A stretch of DNA of 63,686 nucleotides, the filler included. It is 4 parts of 4 records of this genome, joined end to end, with 100 filler letters (N's around TTAATTAATTAA, not from the genome) between each part and the next. Parts side by side here need not be neighbours in the genome. Positions count along the whole stretch, not along the records: positions 52,676 to 63,686 come from SRR20825019_1495; 3 more parts are not named here. One strand, 5' to 3'. Position numbers and translations under genes: made by a program. Positions within the stretch are counted from its first letter, which is position 1, and each line of letters starts with the position of its first letter. The notes under the pieces are model-generated. The model did no database searches, was not told where the DNA came from, and saw only the letters and a program-made list of their open reading frames with translations. Shown here in pieces: positions 55,287 to 63,686 of the stretch.

Positions 55287-55751
55287 ATGCAGAAAACAAA
55301 ACTCAACGCCGATCTGATTTCCGGATTGCTGTTCATAGCATTCGGTCTCTGGTTCTGCGTTTCATCGGTGTTTGGCCTCAAACTCGGCAATGCGTTCCGG
55401 ATGGGGCCGGGTTTCTTCCCGGCCGTCCTCGGCGGTCTCCTGGCGCTTCTCGGCCTTGTCATCGTCGTCAACGGCCTCAGATCGGGTGAAGCGCCGCTGA
55501 CGCTGTCGAATGTCCCGTGGCGGGCGGTCGTGCTGCTGCCGGTAGCGCTCATCCTGTTCGGCGCGGCCATGAAGCCGCTCGGGCTTGCCATTGCCCTTCT
55601 CCTGCTGTGCTTCTGTTCGGCCATGGCGATCAAGGAGATGACGTTGCCGAAGGCCATGGCGTTGTCGGTCTCGGTCACGCTGCTTTGCATCGGCATCTTC
55701 AGCGTGGCGCTCGGGCTCAACCTGCCTCTGCTCGGCAACTGGCTGCGATAG
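55287..55751 (+). CDS. Tripartite tricarboxylate transporter small membrane subunit TctB
   Basis: MGPGFFP motif, four TM helices, upstream of a TctA. Confidence 0.9.
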   Translation: MQKTKLNADLISGLLFIAFGLWFCVSSVFGLKLGNAFRMGPGFFPAVLGGLLALLGLVIVVNGLRSGEAPLTLSNVPWRAVVLLPVALILFGAAMKPLGLAIALLLLCFCSAMAIKEMTLPKAMALSVSVTLLCIGIFSVALGLNLPLLGNWLR

Positions 55752-55762
55752 GGGGCTGAACC

Positions 55763-57271
55763 ATGGATTTCATCAACAATCTCGCACTTGGCTTCTCGGT
55801 CGCCTTTGCCGCCAAGAACCTGTTCTTCTGCTTTGTCGGCGTGTTGGGCGGTACGCTGGTCGGCGTACTGCCGGGCGTCGGTCCGCTGGCGACGATCGCC
55901 ATCCTGTTGCCGGTCACGTTTTCCATGGGGCCGGATTCGGCGCTGATCATGCTCGCGGGCATCTATTACGGCGCCCAGTATGGCGGCTCGACGACCGCGA
56001 TCCTGCTCAACCTGCCCGGCGAGGCGTCGTCGGCCGTCACCACGCTGGATGGCTATCAGATGGCGCGCAAGGGCCGGGCAGGCCCGGCGCTTGCAACTGC
56101 GGCTCTGTCCTCGCTGTTTGCCGGAACGATCGCCACGCTGGTGATCGCGCTGTTCGCGGCGCCGCTCACTCATGTGGCGATGGCGTTCCGACCACCCTCC
56201 TACTTCTCGATGATGATCCTCGGCCTGATCGCGTCGGTGGTTCTCGCCCACGGCTCGGTGCTGAAAGCGATCGCGATGGTGCTGCTCGGACTGTTGCTCG
56301 GCATTATCGGCACCGATATCTACACCGGCACGGCCCGCCTCAACATGGGCATGCTGGAGCTTGCCGATGGCGTCGATATCGTCGCGCTGGCCATCGGGCT
56401 GTTCGGCATCGCGGAAATCCTGCGCAATCTGGAGACGACCGAAGTCCGCGAGGTCCTGAACGAGAAGGTCAAGGGGCTTTGGCTGTCGCGCGCCGATTTC
56501 AAGCGCATCTTCATGCCGTCGGTGCGCGGAACCGCGATTGGTTCGGCGCTCGGCATTCTGCCGGGCGGGGGTGCGATGCTGTCCTCGTTCGCCGCCTATA
56601 TCGTGGAAAAGAAGGTCTCGAAGAACCGCGCCGAATTCGGCCACGGCGCGATCGAGGGCGTCGCCGCGCCGGAAGCGGCCAACAATGCCGGCTCGCAGAC
56701 CGCCTTCATTCCGATGCTGACGCTCGGCCTGCCTTCGAATGCGGTCATGGCGCTGATGATCGGTGCGATGATCATCCAGGGCATCCAGCCGGGACCCGAC
56801 ATCATCGTCAAGCAGCCTGGCATGTTCTGGGGCCTGATCGTGTCGATGTGGATCGGCAACTTCATGCTGGTGCTCCTGAACCTGCCGCTGATCGGGTTGT
56901 GGGTGAAATTCCTGTCGGTGCCCTATTCGGTTCTTGTGGTGGCGGTGATGGCGTTCAGCGCTGTCGGCATCTACTCGGCCTCCGGCACGCTTTTCTCGAT
57001 GTACGAACTCGGTTTCTTCGCCTTGCTCGGATACCTGCTGATGCGGCTTGGCTGCGAGCCGGCGCCGCTGACGCTCGGCTTCATCCTCGGTCCTATGATG
57101 GAGGAGCAATTGCGGCGCAGCATGTTGATGTCGCGCGGCGATCCGACCGTTTTCCTGACAGAGCCGATCAGCCTGGCATTTCTGGTTGCCGCCGCCATCG
57201 TGCTCGCGCTGCTGGCGCTGCCGGCGATCGCCCGCAAGCGCGAAGAAGCCTTCAGCGAAAGCGAGGACTAG
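55763..57271 (+). CDS. Tripartite tricarboxylate transporter permease TctA
   Basis: GVLPGVG, YGGSTTAILLNLPGE, APEAANNA. Confidence 0.95.
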   Translation: MDFINNLALGFSVAFAAKNLFFCFVGVLGGTLVGVLPGVGPLATIAILLPVTFSMGPDSALIMLAGIYYGAQYGGSTTAILLNLPGEASSAVTTLDGYQMARKGRAGPALATAALSSLFAGTIATLVIALFAAPLTHVAMAFRPPSYFSMMILGLIASVVLAHGSVLKAIAMVLLGLLLGIIGTDIYTGTARLNMGMLELADGVDIVALAIGLFGIAEILRNLETTEVREVLNEKVKGLWLSRADFKRIFMPSVRGTAIGSALGILPGGGAMLSSFAAYIVEKKVSKNRAEFGHGAIEGVAAPEAANNAGSQTAFIPMLTLGLPSNAVMALMIGAMIIQGIQPGPDIIVKQPGMFWGLIVSMWIGNFMLVLLNLPLIGLWVKFLSVPYSVLVVAVMAFSAVGIYSASGTLFSMYELGFFALLGYLLMRLGCEPAPLTLGFILGPMMEEQLRRSMLMSRGDPTVFLTEPISLAFLVAAAIVLALLALPAIARKREEAFSESED

Positions 57272-57274
57272 ACC

Positions 57275-58477
57275 ATGGACCCCATCAACGATATCCGCCC
57301 CTTCGAAGGCATCAGGGTACTCGACATCACCCATGTTCTGGCCGCTCCCTTCGCGACCTACCAACTTGCCGTTTTCGGAGCGGACGTCATCAAGATCGAG
57401 AACCCGCACGAGCCGGAACAGACCCGGATCGACGGCAGTGATCCGCAGCTTTCGGCGGACAATATCGGCACCCACTTCATCATCCAGAATGGCGGCAAGC
57501 GATCGCTCACGCTGGACCTGAAGACCGAAGAAGGACGCGAAATCCTGCGCAAGCTGGTGCCCGGCGCGGATATTCTGGTCGAGAATTTCCGGCCGGGTGC
57601 GCTGAAGGCGATCGGCCTTGGCTATGAGGATCTCAGAAAACTCAATCCTCGCCTGATCTACGCCTCGATGTCCGCCTTCGGGCAGGATGGGCCACGCGGC
57701 GGGCAGACCGGTTACGATCAGGTCATTCAGGCGGTGTCGGGCCTGATGATGGTCAACGGAACCGCCGACATGGTGCCGATGAAGGTCGGCACGCCGGCCA
57801 TCGATTATTCGACCGGCGCGATGGGCGCGTTCGCGCTCGCTTCGGCGCTTTTCCAGCGGGAAAGGACAGGACTCGGGCAATATATCGACCTTTCCATGCT
57901 CGATACCGCGCTGATGCTGATGGGCGCGCACCTGACCAATTACAGCCGCTCCGGCAAGGAGCCGAAGGCGGGCGGCAACCGGCACGAGTTTTCGACCTGC
58001 GGGCTCTACGACACAAAGGACGGCAAGATTCAGATCGCCGCCATCAACCTGCGCCAGCAGGCGCGGCTCTGGAAGGCGCTCGGCCATCCCGAACTGGTCA
58101 AGGCCAGCAATGCCGAACGTCGTGAGGCTGCTGCCGAGGAACTGGCTATCCTGTTGCCGATCCTGATGACCAGGACGGCGGCCGCGTGGGAGGACTGGTT
58201 CCAGGACCATCACATCCCGGCCGCAAGGGTTTGGACGCTGCCGGAAACGCTGGCCCACGGCCAGCTCGAAAGCCGCGACATTCTGCACCATTACGAAGAT
58301 GAGCCCGGTATTCCCGGAAAGATCACGGCCCCCAAGGCCGCGTTCAAACTGGAGCATGGCGGCGCGCGGATCGATCGCCCGCCGCCGCGTCTGGGCGAGC
58401 ACAACGAGGAATTGCTCGCCGAGCTCGGCTATAGCCCCGAAGAAATCGCCGCCCTGCGAAATGCAGGCGCGATCTGA
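57275..58477 (+). CDS. CaiB/BaiF (class III) CoA-transferase
   Basis: GIRVLD...GADVIKIE, KRSLTLDLK, ENFRPG, GYD catalytic Asp, PPRLGEH. Confidence 0.93.
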   Translation: MDPINDIRPFEGIRVLDITHVLAAPFATYQLAVFGADVIKIENPHEPEQTRIDGSDPQLSADNIGTHFIIQNGGKRSLTLDLKTEEGREILRKLVPGADILVENFRPGALKAIGLGYEDLRKLNPRLIYASMSAFGQDGPRGGQTGYDQVIQAVSGLMMVNGTADMVPMKVGTPAIDYSTGAMGAFALASALFQRERTGLGQYIDLSMLDTALMLMGAHLTNYSRSGKEPKAGGNRHEFSTCGLYDTKDGKIQIAAINLRQQARLWKALGHPELVKASNAERREAAAEELAILLPILMTRTAAAWEDWFQDHHIPAARVWTLPETLAHGQLESRDILHHYEDEPGIPGKITAPKAAFKLEHGGARIDRPPPRLGEHNEELLAELGYSPEEIAALRNAGAI

Positions 58478-58501
58478 ACCCGAAATGAGGAGGAGAACCC
58501 C

Positions 58502-59473
58502 ATGAAACCCCTGACACTATTGACTTCCGTTTCCGTGGCGCTTGCGACATTGACAGGCGCTGCGCTCGCACAGGCGAGCGACTATCCGAACGATATCGTC
58601 CGCGTCGTGGTCGGTTCATCGCCGGGCGGCACGGCCGATACCGTTTCCCGGATCGTGGCCGACGCCCTGAGCGACAAATTCGGCGAAACCTTCGTGGTGG
58701 AGAACCTGCCGGGCGCCGGCGGCGCGCTTGCGGCAAACGAGGTCAAGGGCGCCGAACCGGATGGCTACACCATCCAGTTCATCTTCTCGTCGTTCTCGAT
58801 CCTGCCCTCGCTGAACCCGGATGTGAACTACGATCCGGTCAAGGATTTCGAGGCGATCACCATGGTCTCCTATGCGCCGAACCTTCTGCTCGTGAACCCG
58901 TCTTTCGGCGTGAAGACCTTTCCGGAATGGGTCGACAAGATCAAGGCAAATCCCGGCAAGTTCGACTATGGCAGCGGCGGGATCGGCTACAGCCAGCATT
59001 TGTCGATGGAAATGCTGCTGCAGGATATCGGCGGCGATGTGGTGCATATCCCCTATGCCGGCAGCGGCAACCTGCTCGGCGCCCTGATCTCGGGCGAAAT
59101 TCCGTTCGCCTTCGACACGCTGACGACGGCCGTGCCGCACATTGAATCCGGCGCGCTTACCCCTCTGGCGATCACCAGCTCCGAGCGGTCCGAGATCCTG
59201 CCGGATGTGCCGGCGGTCGGCGAGTTCGTCGAAGGCTATGAACTGACCGCCTGGAACGGCTTTGTCGCGCCGGCGGGGACGCCCAAGGAAATCATCGACG
59301 AACTGAACGCCGCGATCGTGGGATATCTCGAAACCGACAAGGCCAAGGGGTTCTTTGGCAAGCTCGGCACCGCGATCGCCGCGAGCACGCCCGAAGAATT
59401 CGAACAGGTGATTGCCGGCGACTACGAAAAATTCGCAGTGGTGATCAAGGAAGCGGGCATCACCGCGCAATAA
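58502..59473 (+). CDS. Tripartite tricarboxylate transporter substrate-binding protein TctC/Bug
   Basis: Signal peptide, SSPGGTAD, VVENLPGAGG, PDGYT, HIPYAG. Confidence 0.93.
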   Translation: MKPLTLLTSVSVALATLTGAALAQASDYPNDIVRVVVGSSPGGTADTVSRIVADALSDKFGETFVVENLPGAGGALAANEVKGAEPDGYTIQFIFSSFSILPSLNPDVNYDPVKDFEAITMVSYAPNLLLVNPSFGVKTFPEWVDKIKANPGKFDYGSGGIGYSQHLSMEMLLQDIGGDVVHIPYAGSGNLLGALISGEIPFAFDTLTTAVPHIESGALTPLAITSSERSEILPDVPAVGEFVEGYELTAWNGFVAPAGTPKEIIDELNAAIVGYLETDKAKGFFGKLGTAIAASTPEEFEQVIAGDYEKFAVVIKEAGITAQ

Positions 59474-59568
59474 GCCAGACAAGCCGGGCAGGACAGGTCT
59501 CCAGCCCGGCTTCCCGACGCATGCCGCCGGCAGGCGAATGCGTTTTGCCATGCCGCGGAGGCCCGCCA

Positions 59569-60627
59569 ATGTCTGATGAGAAAACTTTTTCCGCCGATCT
59601 CCTGCGCCGGTTCGCGACCGATCTTTTTGCGACGGCGGGCCTTTCCGCAAAGGCGGCGGGCCGCGTGGCGGACGCCCTGATCGAGGCCGATCTCTCCGGG
59701 CGCGGTTCGCACGGCTTGTTGCAGGCCGACAGATATATCGAGCGGCTGATCGCCGGCGCGATGTCGACCGCTGACGCGCCCAGGGTCGTCAGCCGAAGCC
59801 ATGGCGCGATCGTGCTCGATGCGGATGGCATGGAAGGCCATCTGGTCGCCGAGGATGCGATGAAGATGGGTATCGAAACGGCCCGTGAAACCGGCATTGC
59901 GGCTGTCGCGGTTCGCCGGGCGCAGCATATGGGCGTGGTCGGGCGCTATGTGCGCATGGCCGCCGAGGCCGGTTGCGTGGGGATTGCCATGGGCAACACC
60001 AAGCCCGTGATGGCCGCCCCCGGGGGCGCGGACAAACTTGTCGGCACCAATCCGCTTGCGATCGGCATACCGGCGTCACGAGAAGCGGTCGTGCTCGATA
60101 TGGCGACCAGCGCAGGCACTTACGGCCGCATCCGGCAGGCGAACGCGCTTGGCCGGAATATTCCCGACGGCTGGGCGCTGGATGCCGATGGCGTTGCGAC
60201 CACCGATCCGGCGGAGGCGATGAAAGGACTGCTGTTGCCGGCCGGCGGCGCAAAGGGTTTTGGCTTGGCCTTCATGATCGATCTGCTCGCCGGGTTGTTA
60301 TCCGGCGGGGCGTGGGGGACGAAACTCGGCCTGATCGACGACAGTACCGTGGGGCCACAGATGTCGTCCTATCTGTTCATCGTGCTCGATATCGCTTCAT
60401 TCCGGTCACTTGAGGAATTCAAGGCGGAAGCGGATGAAGCGATCGCCGGGGTGCGACAATCGCGCAGGGCCGAAGGCGTGGACCGGCTCTATACACCCGG
60501 TGAACGCAGCGCGGAACAGCTCGCGGCGAGCAAAGGTGAGATCAGGCTCGCCCCCGCCGTCGTAAAAGCGCTTGCCGAACGCGGGCGGCAACTGGGCATC
60601 ACCGTGCCCGCGGAATTTCTGGAGTGA
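59569..60627 (+). CDS. Ldh_2 (malate/L-lactate/sulfolactate/ureidoglycolate dehydrogenase) family oxidoreductase
   Basis: GRGSHGL, GTNPLA, LDMATS, GGAKGFGL, YTPGE. Confidence 0.92.
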   Translation: MSDEKTFSADLLRRFATDLFATAGLSAKAAGRVADALIEADLSGRGSHGLLQADRYIERLIAGAMSTADAPRVVSRSHGAIVLDADGMEGHLVAEDAMKMGIETARETGIAAVAVRRAQHMGVVGRYVRMAAEAGCVGIAMGNTKPVMAAPGGADKLVGTNPLAIGIPASREAVVLDMATSAGTYGRIRQANALGRNIPDGWALDADGVATTDPAEAMKGLLLPAGGAKGFGLAFMIDLLAGLLSGGAWGTKLGLIDDSTVGPQMSSYLFIVLDIASFRSLEEFKAEADEAIAGVRQSRRAEGVDRLYTPGERSAEQLAASKGEIRLAPAVVKALAERGRQLGITVPAEFLE

Positions 60628-60633
60628 TGAGCC

Positions 60634-61503
60634 ATGACCATCGGCTACGACATCATCCGGGAAACCGCACGGACGCTGTATGATCGGGCGCTCAAGCGCA
60701 TTCCGGAAAATTCGAAGGCGGCGCTGGAGAGCGCCCTTGAAACAGAAAGTTCGCCTTCTGCCCGCACGACGCTCGAATTCATGATCAAAAGCGCCCGCCG
60801 CGCCGAAGAAAAGTCGACCTATGTCTGTTCGGATGCGGGTTTTCCGGTCTATTTCGTCAAGATCGGCACCAAGGCCCGGTTCGAGGGCGATATCAAGAAG
60901 GCGTTTGTCGACGCATTCGACGAACTGGTGAGAACGATCGAGCCGCCGATCCTGAAATTCGTCACCAATCCGCTGACCGGCGAGCGCAGCTATCATGGCA
61001 AGGACATGCCGCATATCACCTGGGACTTCGTCTCGGATGACGATTGCATCGATATCACCTGTTCGCCCAAGGCGCTCGGTTCCGGGCGCTGGGCCGCGCT
61101 GGAAATCTTCAGCTACCCCAAACTCGAAGAGATCGAGCGCTATATTCTCGATGTTTCGATAAAAGCGGGTTCGCAGCATTGCCCGCCCGTGGTCATCGGG
61201 GTGGGCATAGGCGGATCGTTCGACCATGCGGCGAAAATGGCGAAGCTCCAGACGCTCCGGCCGTTCGGAACACCCAATCCGGAGCCGATACTGGCCGCCA
61301 TGGAAGACCGGCTCACCCGCGCCGTCAACAAGACGGGTTTCGGGCCGATGGGGACCGGCGGCGACACCACCGCGCTCGGCGTTCACATCGATTACGCGTC
61401 CGGCCATGGCTTCACCCCCGTTGCCGTCTGTTTCAACTGCTGGATCAACAGGCGCACCCGGGCACGCATCACCAATGAGGGGGAGGTGAGCTATCTTGAG
61501 TGA
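60634..61503 (+). CDS. Fe-S hydro-lyase alpha subunit (fumarate hydratase/tartrate dehydratase TtdA family)
   Basis: VCSDAG, HCPP-VIGVGIGG, GPMGTGG, NCW. Confidence 0.9.
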   Translation: MTIGYDIIRETARTLYDRALKRIPENSKAALESALETESSPSARTTLEFMIKSARRAEEKSTYVCSDAGFPVYFVKIGTKARFEGDIKKAFVDAFDELVRTIEPPILKFVTNPLTGERSYHGKDMPHITWDFVSDDDCIDITCSPKALGSGRWAALEIFSYPKLEEIERYILDVSIKAGSQHCPPVVIGVGIGGSFDHAAKMAKLQTLRPFGTPNPEPILAAMEDRLTRAVNKTGFGPMGTGGDTTALGVHIDYASGHGFTPVAVCFNCWINRRTRARITNEGEVSYLE

Positions 61504-62125
61504 GTACCTTCTCGATCTGCCGCTCTCGCCTTCCTCCGCGCGCGCCCTGAAGCTCGGCGATACCGTCTTCCTGCGGGGAGACGCGGTAGTTACCGCCGGC
61601 TATCCGACGCATCAGCGCCTGATAGACTGTGTGGAGGAGGGCAGGGCGCCGCCAGTCTCCCTGGATGGCGGGGCATTCTTCCATCTCGGCTGCATGAGCC
61701 GCGAGGAGGAAGGCGCGCTCCGCCCGCTTTACGTCAACCCCACCACCAGCACGCGCTTCAATGCCTTCATGCCGCGCATCATCGAACATTTCGGCCTGAC
61801 CATCGTCGGCGGCAAGGGCGGTGTGGATGCCGCCTGTGTTGCCGCCATGAAGAAGACCGGCTGCGTCTATCTGTCCATTCTTGGCGGCGGCGCGCCATTG
61901 CTGACGGAAGGCATCGAGGCGGTTTGCGAAACCGGCTGGAACGATCTGATCGTCCAGTTCCGCCTTTCCCGGATCAGGCTGAAAATGTTCGGCCCGCTGA
62001 CCGTGGCCATCGACGCTCACGGAAACTCGGTCTACGCCGATCTCAGCGCCAGCGCACAGGCGCGCCTGCCGGAGATCATGCGCGCATTGGCGCGTGAACG
62101 GGACAATGACGCCGAAGGCGCGTGA
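61496..62125 (+). CDS. Fe-S hydro-lyase beta subunit (TtdB/fumarase C-terminal family)
   Basis: LKLGDTVFLRG, PTTSTRFN, GKGG, FGPLTVAIDAHGNS. Confidence 0.9.
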   Translation: MSEYLLDLPLSPSSARALKLGDTVFLRGDAVVTAGYPTHQRLIDCVEEGRAPPVSLDGGAFFHLGCMSREEEGALRPLYVNPTTSTRFNAFMPRIIEHFGLTIVGGKGGVDAACVAAMKKTGCVYLSILGGGAPLLTEGIEAVCETGWNDLIVQFRLSRIRLKMFGPLTVAIDAHGNSVYADLSASAQARLPEIMRALARERDNDAEGA

Positions 62126-62355
62126 TCGCCAGAAGTGACGATCAGATCTCCCGGACCGCTGCCAGACGGCGCCGGAACATGCCGAAGCAAGTGCCCCGAC
62201 AGCATATCGAGCCCGGGTTTCCGGTGCGGCGACCAGCCGTTTCGTTGCGATTTTATGGGGCCGGTCAGTGCGAATATAGGCCGCGTTTTCAACAATCTGA
62301 CCGGGTTGGAGTGTTTCTGCCAAGTCCGGCCGGACTTTGATGGAAATGAAAGGGC

Positions 62356-62385
62356 TTGCAATTGGAACAAAAAAAGAACATAAGG
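62356..62385 (+). promoter_or_regulatory. Alphaproteobacterial LexA (SOS) box overlapping a putative promoter
   Basis: GAAC-N7-GAAC at 62365-62379, just downstream of the -35-like TTGCAA (62356-62361). Confidence 0.8.
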
Positions 62386-62411
62386 AGGATATAAGCAAAA
62401 CGGAGGTAATT

Positions 62412-62498
62412 ATGACCGATATTCTGCGTGACATAGCGGCTTTCTTCTCAGTCAGCCTGTTCCTGGCCAGCATGGCGTTGATCGTGAGCTCGCTATAG
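62412..62498 (+). CDS. 28-aa hydrophobic SOS-regulated small protein, SidA-like cell division inhibitor candidate
   Basis: MTDILRDIAAFFSVSLFLASMALIVSSL*; GGAGG Shine-Dalgarno at 62402-62406, LexA box upstream, dnaE directly downstream. Confidence 0.75.
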   Translation: MTDILRDIAAFFSVSLFLASMALIVSSL

Positions 62499-62598
62499 GT
62501 TTCTGTGCATTGCGTGACGAGCGATTGCACCGGATGTATTCGCCTGCCAAGATCGCGCGGCGCGTTTGATTTGGTGCTGATGAAGGAGTGATCTTGAG

Positions 62599-63686
62599 AT
62601 GCAGGCGGGTACCGAAAGCGACAAGCAGGCCGTTCGTTTCGTGCATTTGCGGGTTCACTCGGCCTATTCGCTGCTCGAGGGCGCGCTGCCGCTGAAGACG
62701 GTGATGAAGCTTGCCGTGGGCGACAACCAGCCCGCAATTGCGGTGACCGACACCAATAACCTCTTTTGTGCCCTGGAGTTTTCCCAGAAGGCCGTGGGCG
62801 AGGGACTGCAGCCGATCATCGGCTGCCAGCTATCGATCGACATGGAGGATGGCGGTGAAGGGGAGCGGCGCAGCGGCGCGCATCTGCCACCCAAAAAACC
62901 TTCGATCGTTCTCCTCGCTTCCGATCCGGCCGGCTATGCCAATCTCATGCATCTTGTCAGCGAAACCTATCTCGGCGGCGAGGGGCATGACAGCATATAT
63001 ATAAAGAAGTCCTGGCTCAGTGCGCATTCGGATGGGTTGATCGCGCTCACCGGTGGGCGGGGCGGGCCGGTTGACGAGGCCGTCATTTCCGGGTTCGAGG
63101 CGAAGGCCGCCGAGCGGCTCGCATTCCTGAAGTCCGTCTTCGGGGACCGGCTTTATGTGGAGGTGCAACGGCACGGAAATTTCGATGTCCAGCACGAGCG
63201 TCGGGTCATCGCCCTCGCGTACGATCTCGATCTTCCGCTGGTTGCGACCAACGAGGCGTTTTTCCCGTCCCGCGGGGATTTCGAGGCGCATGATGCGCTG
63301 ATGGCGGTGGCGCATAATGCCATCGTCTCGGACGATCGCCGTTTCAGGCTCACGCCGGATCACTACCTCAAGTCTCAGGACGAAATGGCGACGCTGTTTG
63401 CCGATCTGCCTGAAGCGATCGAGAACACCGTGGAAATCGCGCGCCGATGCAGTTTCGTGCTGGATACGCGAATGCCGATCCTGCCGCGCTTCACCGGCGC
63501 GTCCGATGATCCCGAAGAGGCGGAGCGCGCGGAAGCGGCTGAGCTGCGCCGGCAGGCCCGTGAGGGTCTGGAGGCGAGGATAGCCCATGTTGGCCTGAGC
63601 GCGGGACATACGCGCGAGGCCTATTTCGAGCGCCTCGACTATGAACTCGGCGTCATCGAGGGCATGAAGTTCCCGGGTTACTTCCT
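62599..63686 (+). CDS. dnaE: DNA polymerase III subunit alpha (5' part, truncated by the window end)
   Basis: MQAGTESDKQAVRFVHLRVHSAYSLLEGA...AVTDTNNLF...PLVATNE...RLDYELGVIEGMKFPGYF PHP domain; AAGGAG Shine-Dalgarno; absent from the ORF track because there is no stop. Confidence 0.96.
   Translation, partial: MQAGTESDKQAVRFVHLRVHSAYSLLEGALPLKTVMKLAVGDNQPAIAVTDTNNLFCALEFSQKAVGEGLQPIIGCQLSIDMEDGGEGERRSGAHLPPKKPSIVLLASDPAGYANLMHLVSETYLGGEGHDSIYIKKSWLSAHSDGLIALTGGRGGPVDEAVISGFEAKAAERLAFLKSVFGDRLYVEVQRHGNFDVQHERRVIALAYDLDLPLVATNEAFFPSRGDFEAHDALMAVAHNAIVSDDRRFRLTPDHYLKSQDEMATLFADLPEAIENTVEIARRCSFVLDTRMPILPRFTGASDDPEEAERAEAAELRRQAREGLEARIAHVGLSAGHTREAYFERLDYELGVIEGMKFPGYF

Noticed and set aside
55169-58402. 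1077-aa minus-strand ORF
   Set aside because: It is an antisense shadow of tctB/tctA/CoA-transferase caused by high-GC codon bias; the plus-strand genes carry clear family motifs.
61469-63609. Minus-strand ORFs of 422 aa and 259 aa
   Set aside because: They overlap the hydro-lyase beta gene, the SidA-like ORF and dnaE antisense, and show no recognisable motifs.

Overview
The window is a concatenation of four unrelated contigs joined by 100-nt N spacers containing TTAATTAATTAA (8910-9009, 40839-40938, 52576-52675). (1) 1-8909 is eukaryotic, probably a protist, with 46-61 nt GT-AG introns. It carries the last exon of a CELF/Bruno RRM protein, a 10-intron SUZ12/EMF2-like VEFS-box gene and an intronless RecD2/HELB-like protein whose ATPase motifs all look dead. 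(2) 9010-40838 is a Marinobacter-like gammaproteobacterial core region: rpsT, murJ-ribF-ileS-lspA-fkpB-ispH, the type IV minor pilin cluster with pilY1, pilRS, nadE, bamD, rluD-pgeF-clpB, ilvIHC, pssA and tandem rrn-type promoters. (3) 40939-52575 is eukaryotic with the same intron and GC-island style as contig 1. It carries a secreted protein with seven MAR-like Cys repeats, a chitin-synthase-like protein that appears circularly permuted and catalytically dead, and a spliced Zn(II)2Cys6 transcription factor missed by the ORF track. (4) 52676-63686 is a Rhizobiales-like alphaproteobacterium. It has an organic-acid catabolic cluster (GntR regulator, enolase-family enzyme, TctBAC, CoA-transferase, Ldh_2, Fe-S hydro-lyase alpha/beta), then a LexA-box-controlled 28-aa SidA-like membrane peptide directly upstream of a partial dnaE. 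Family and taxon calls come from motif recognition by eye, not from database searches.
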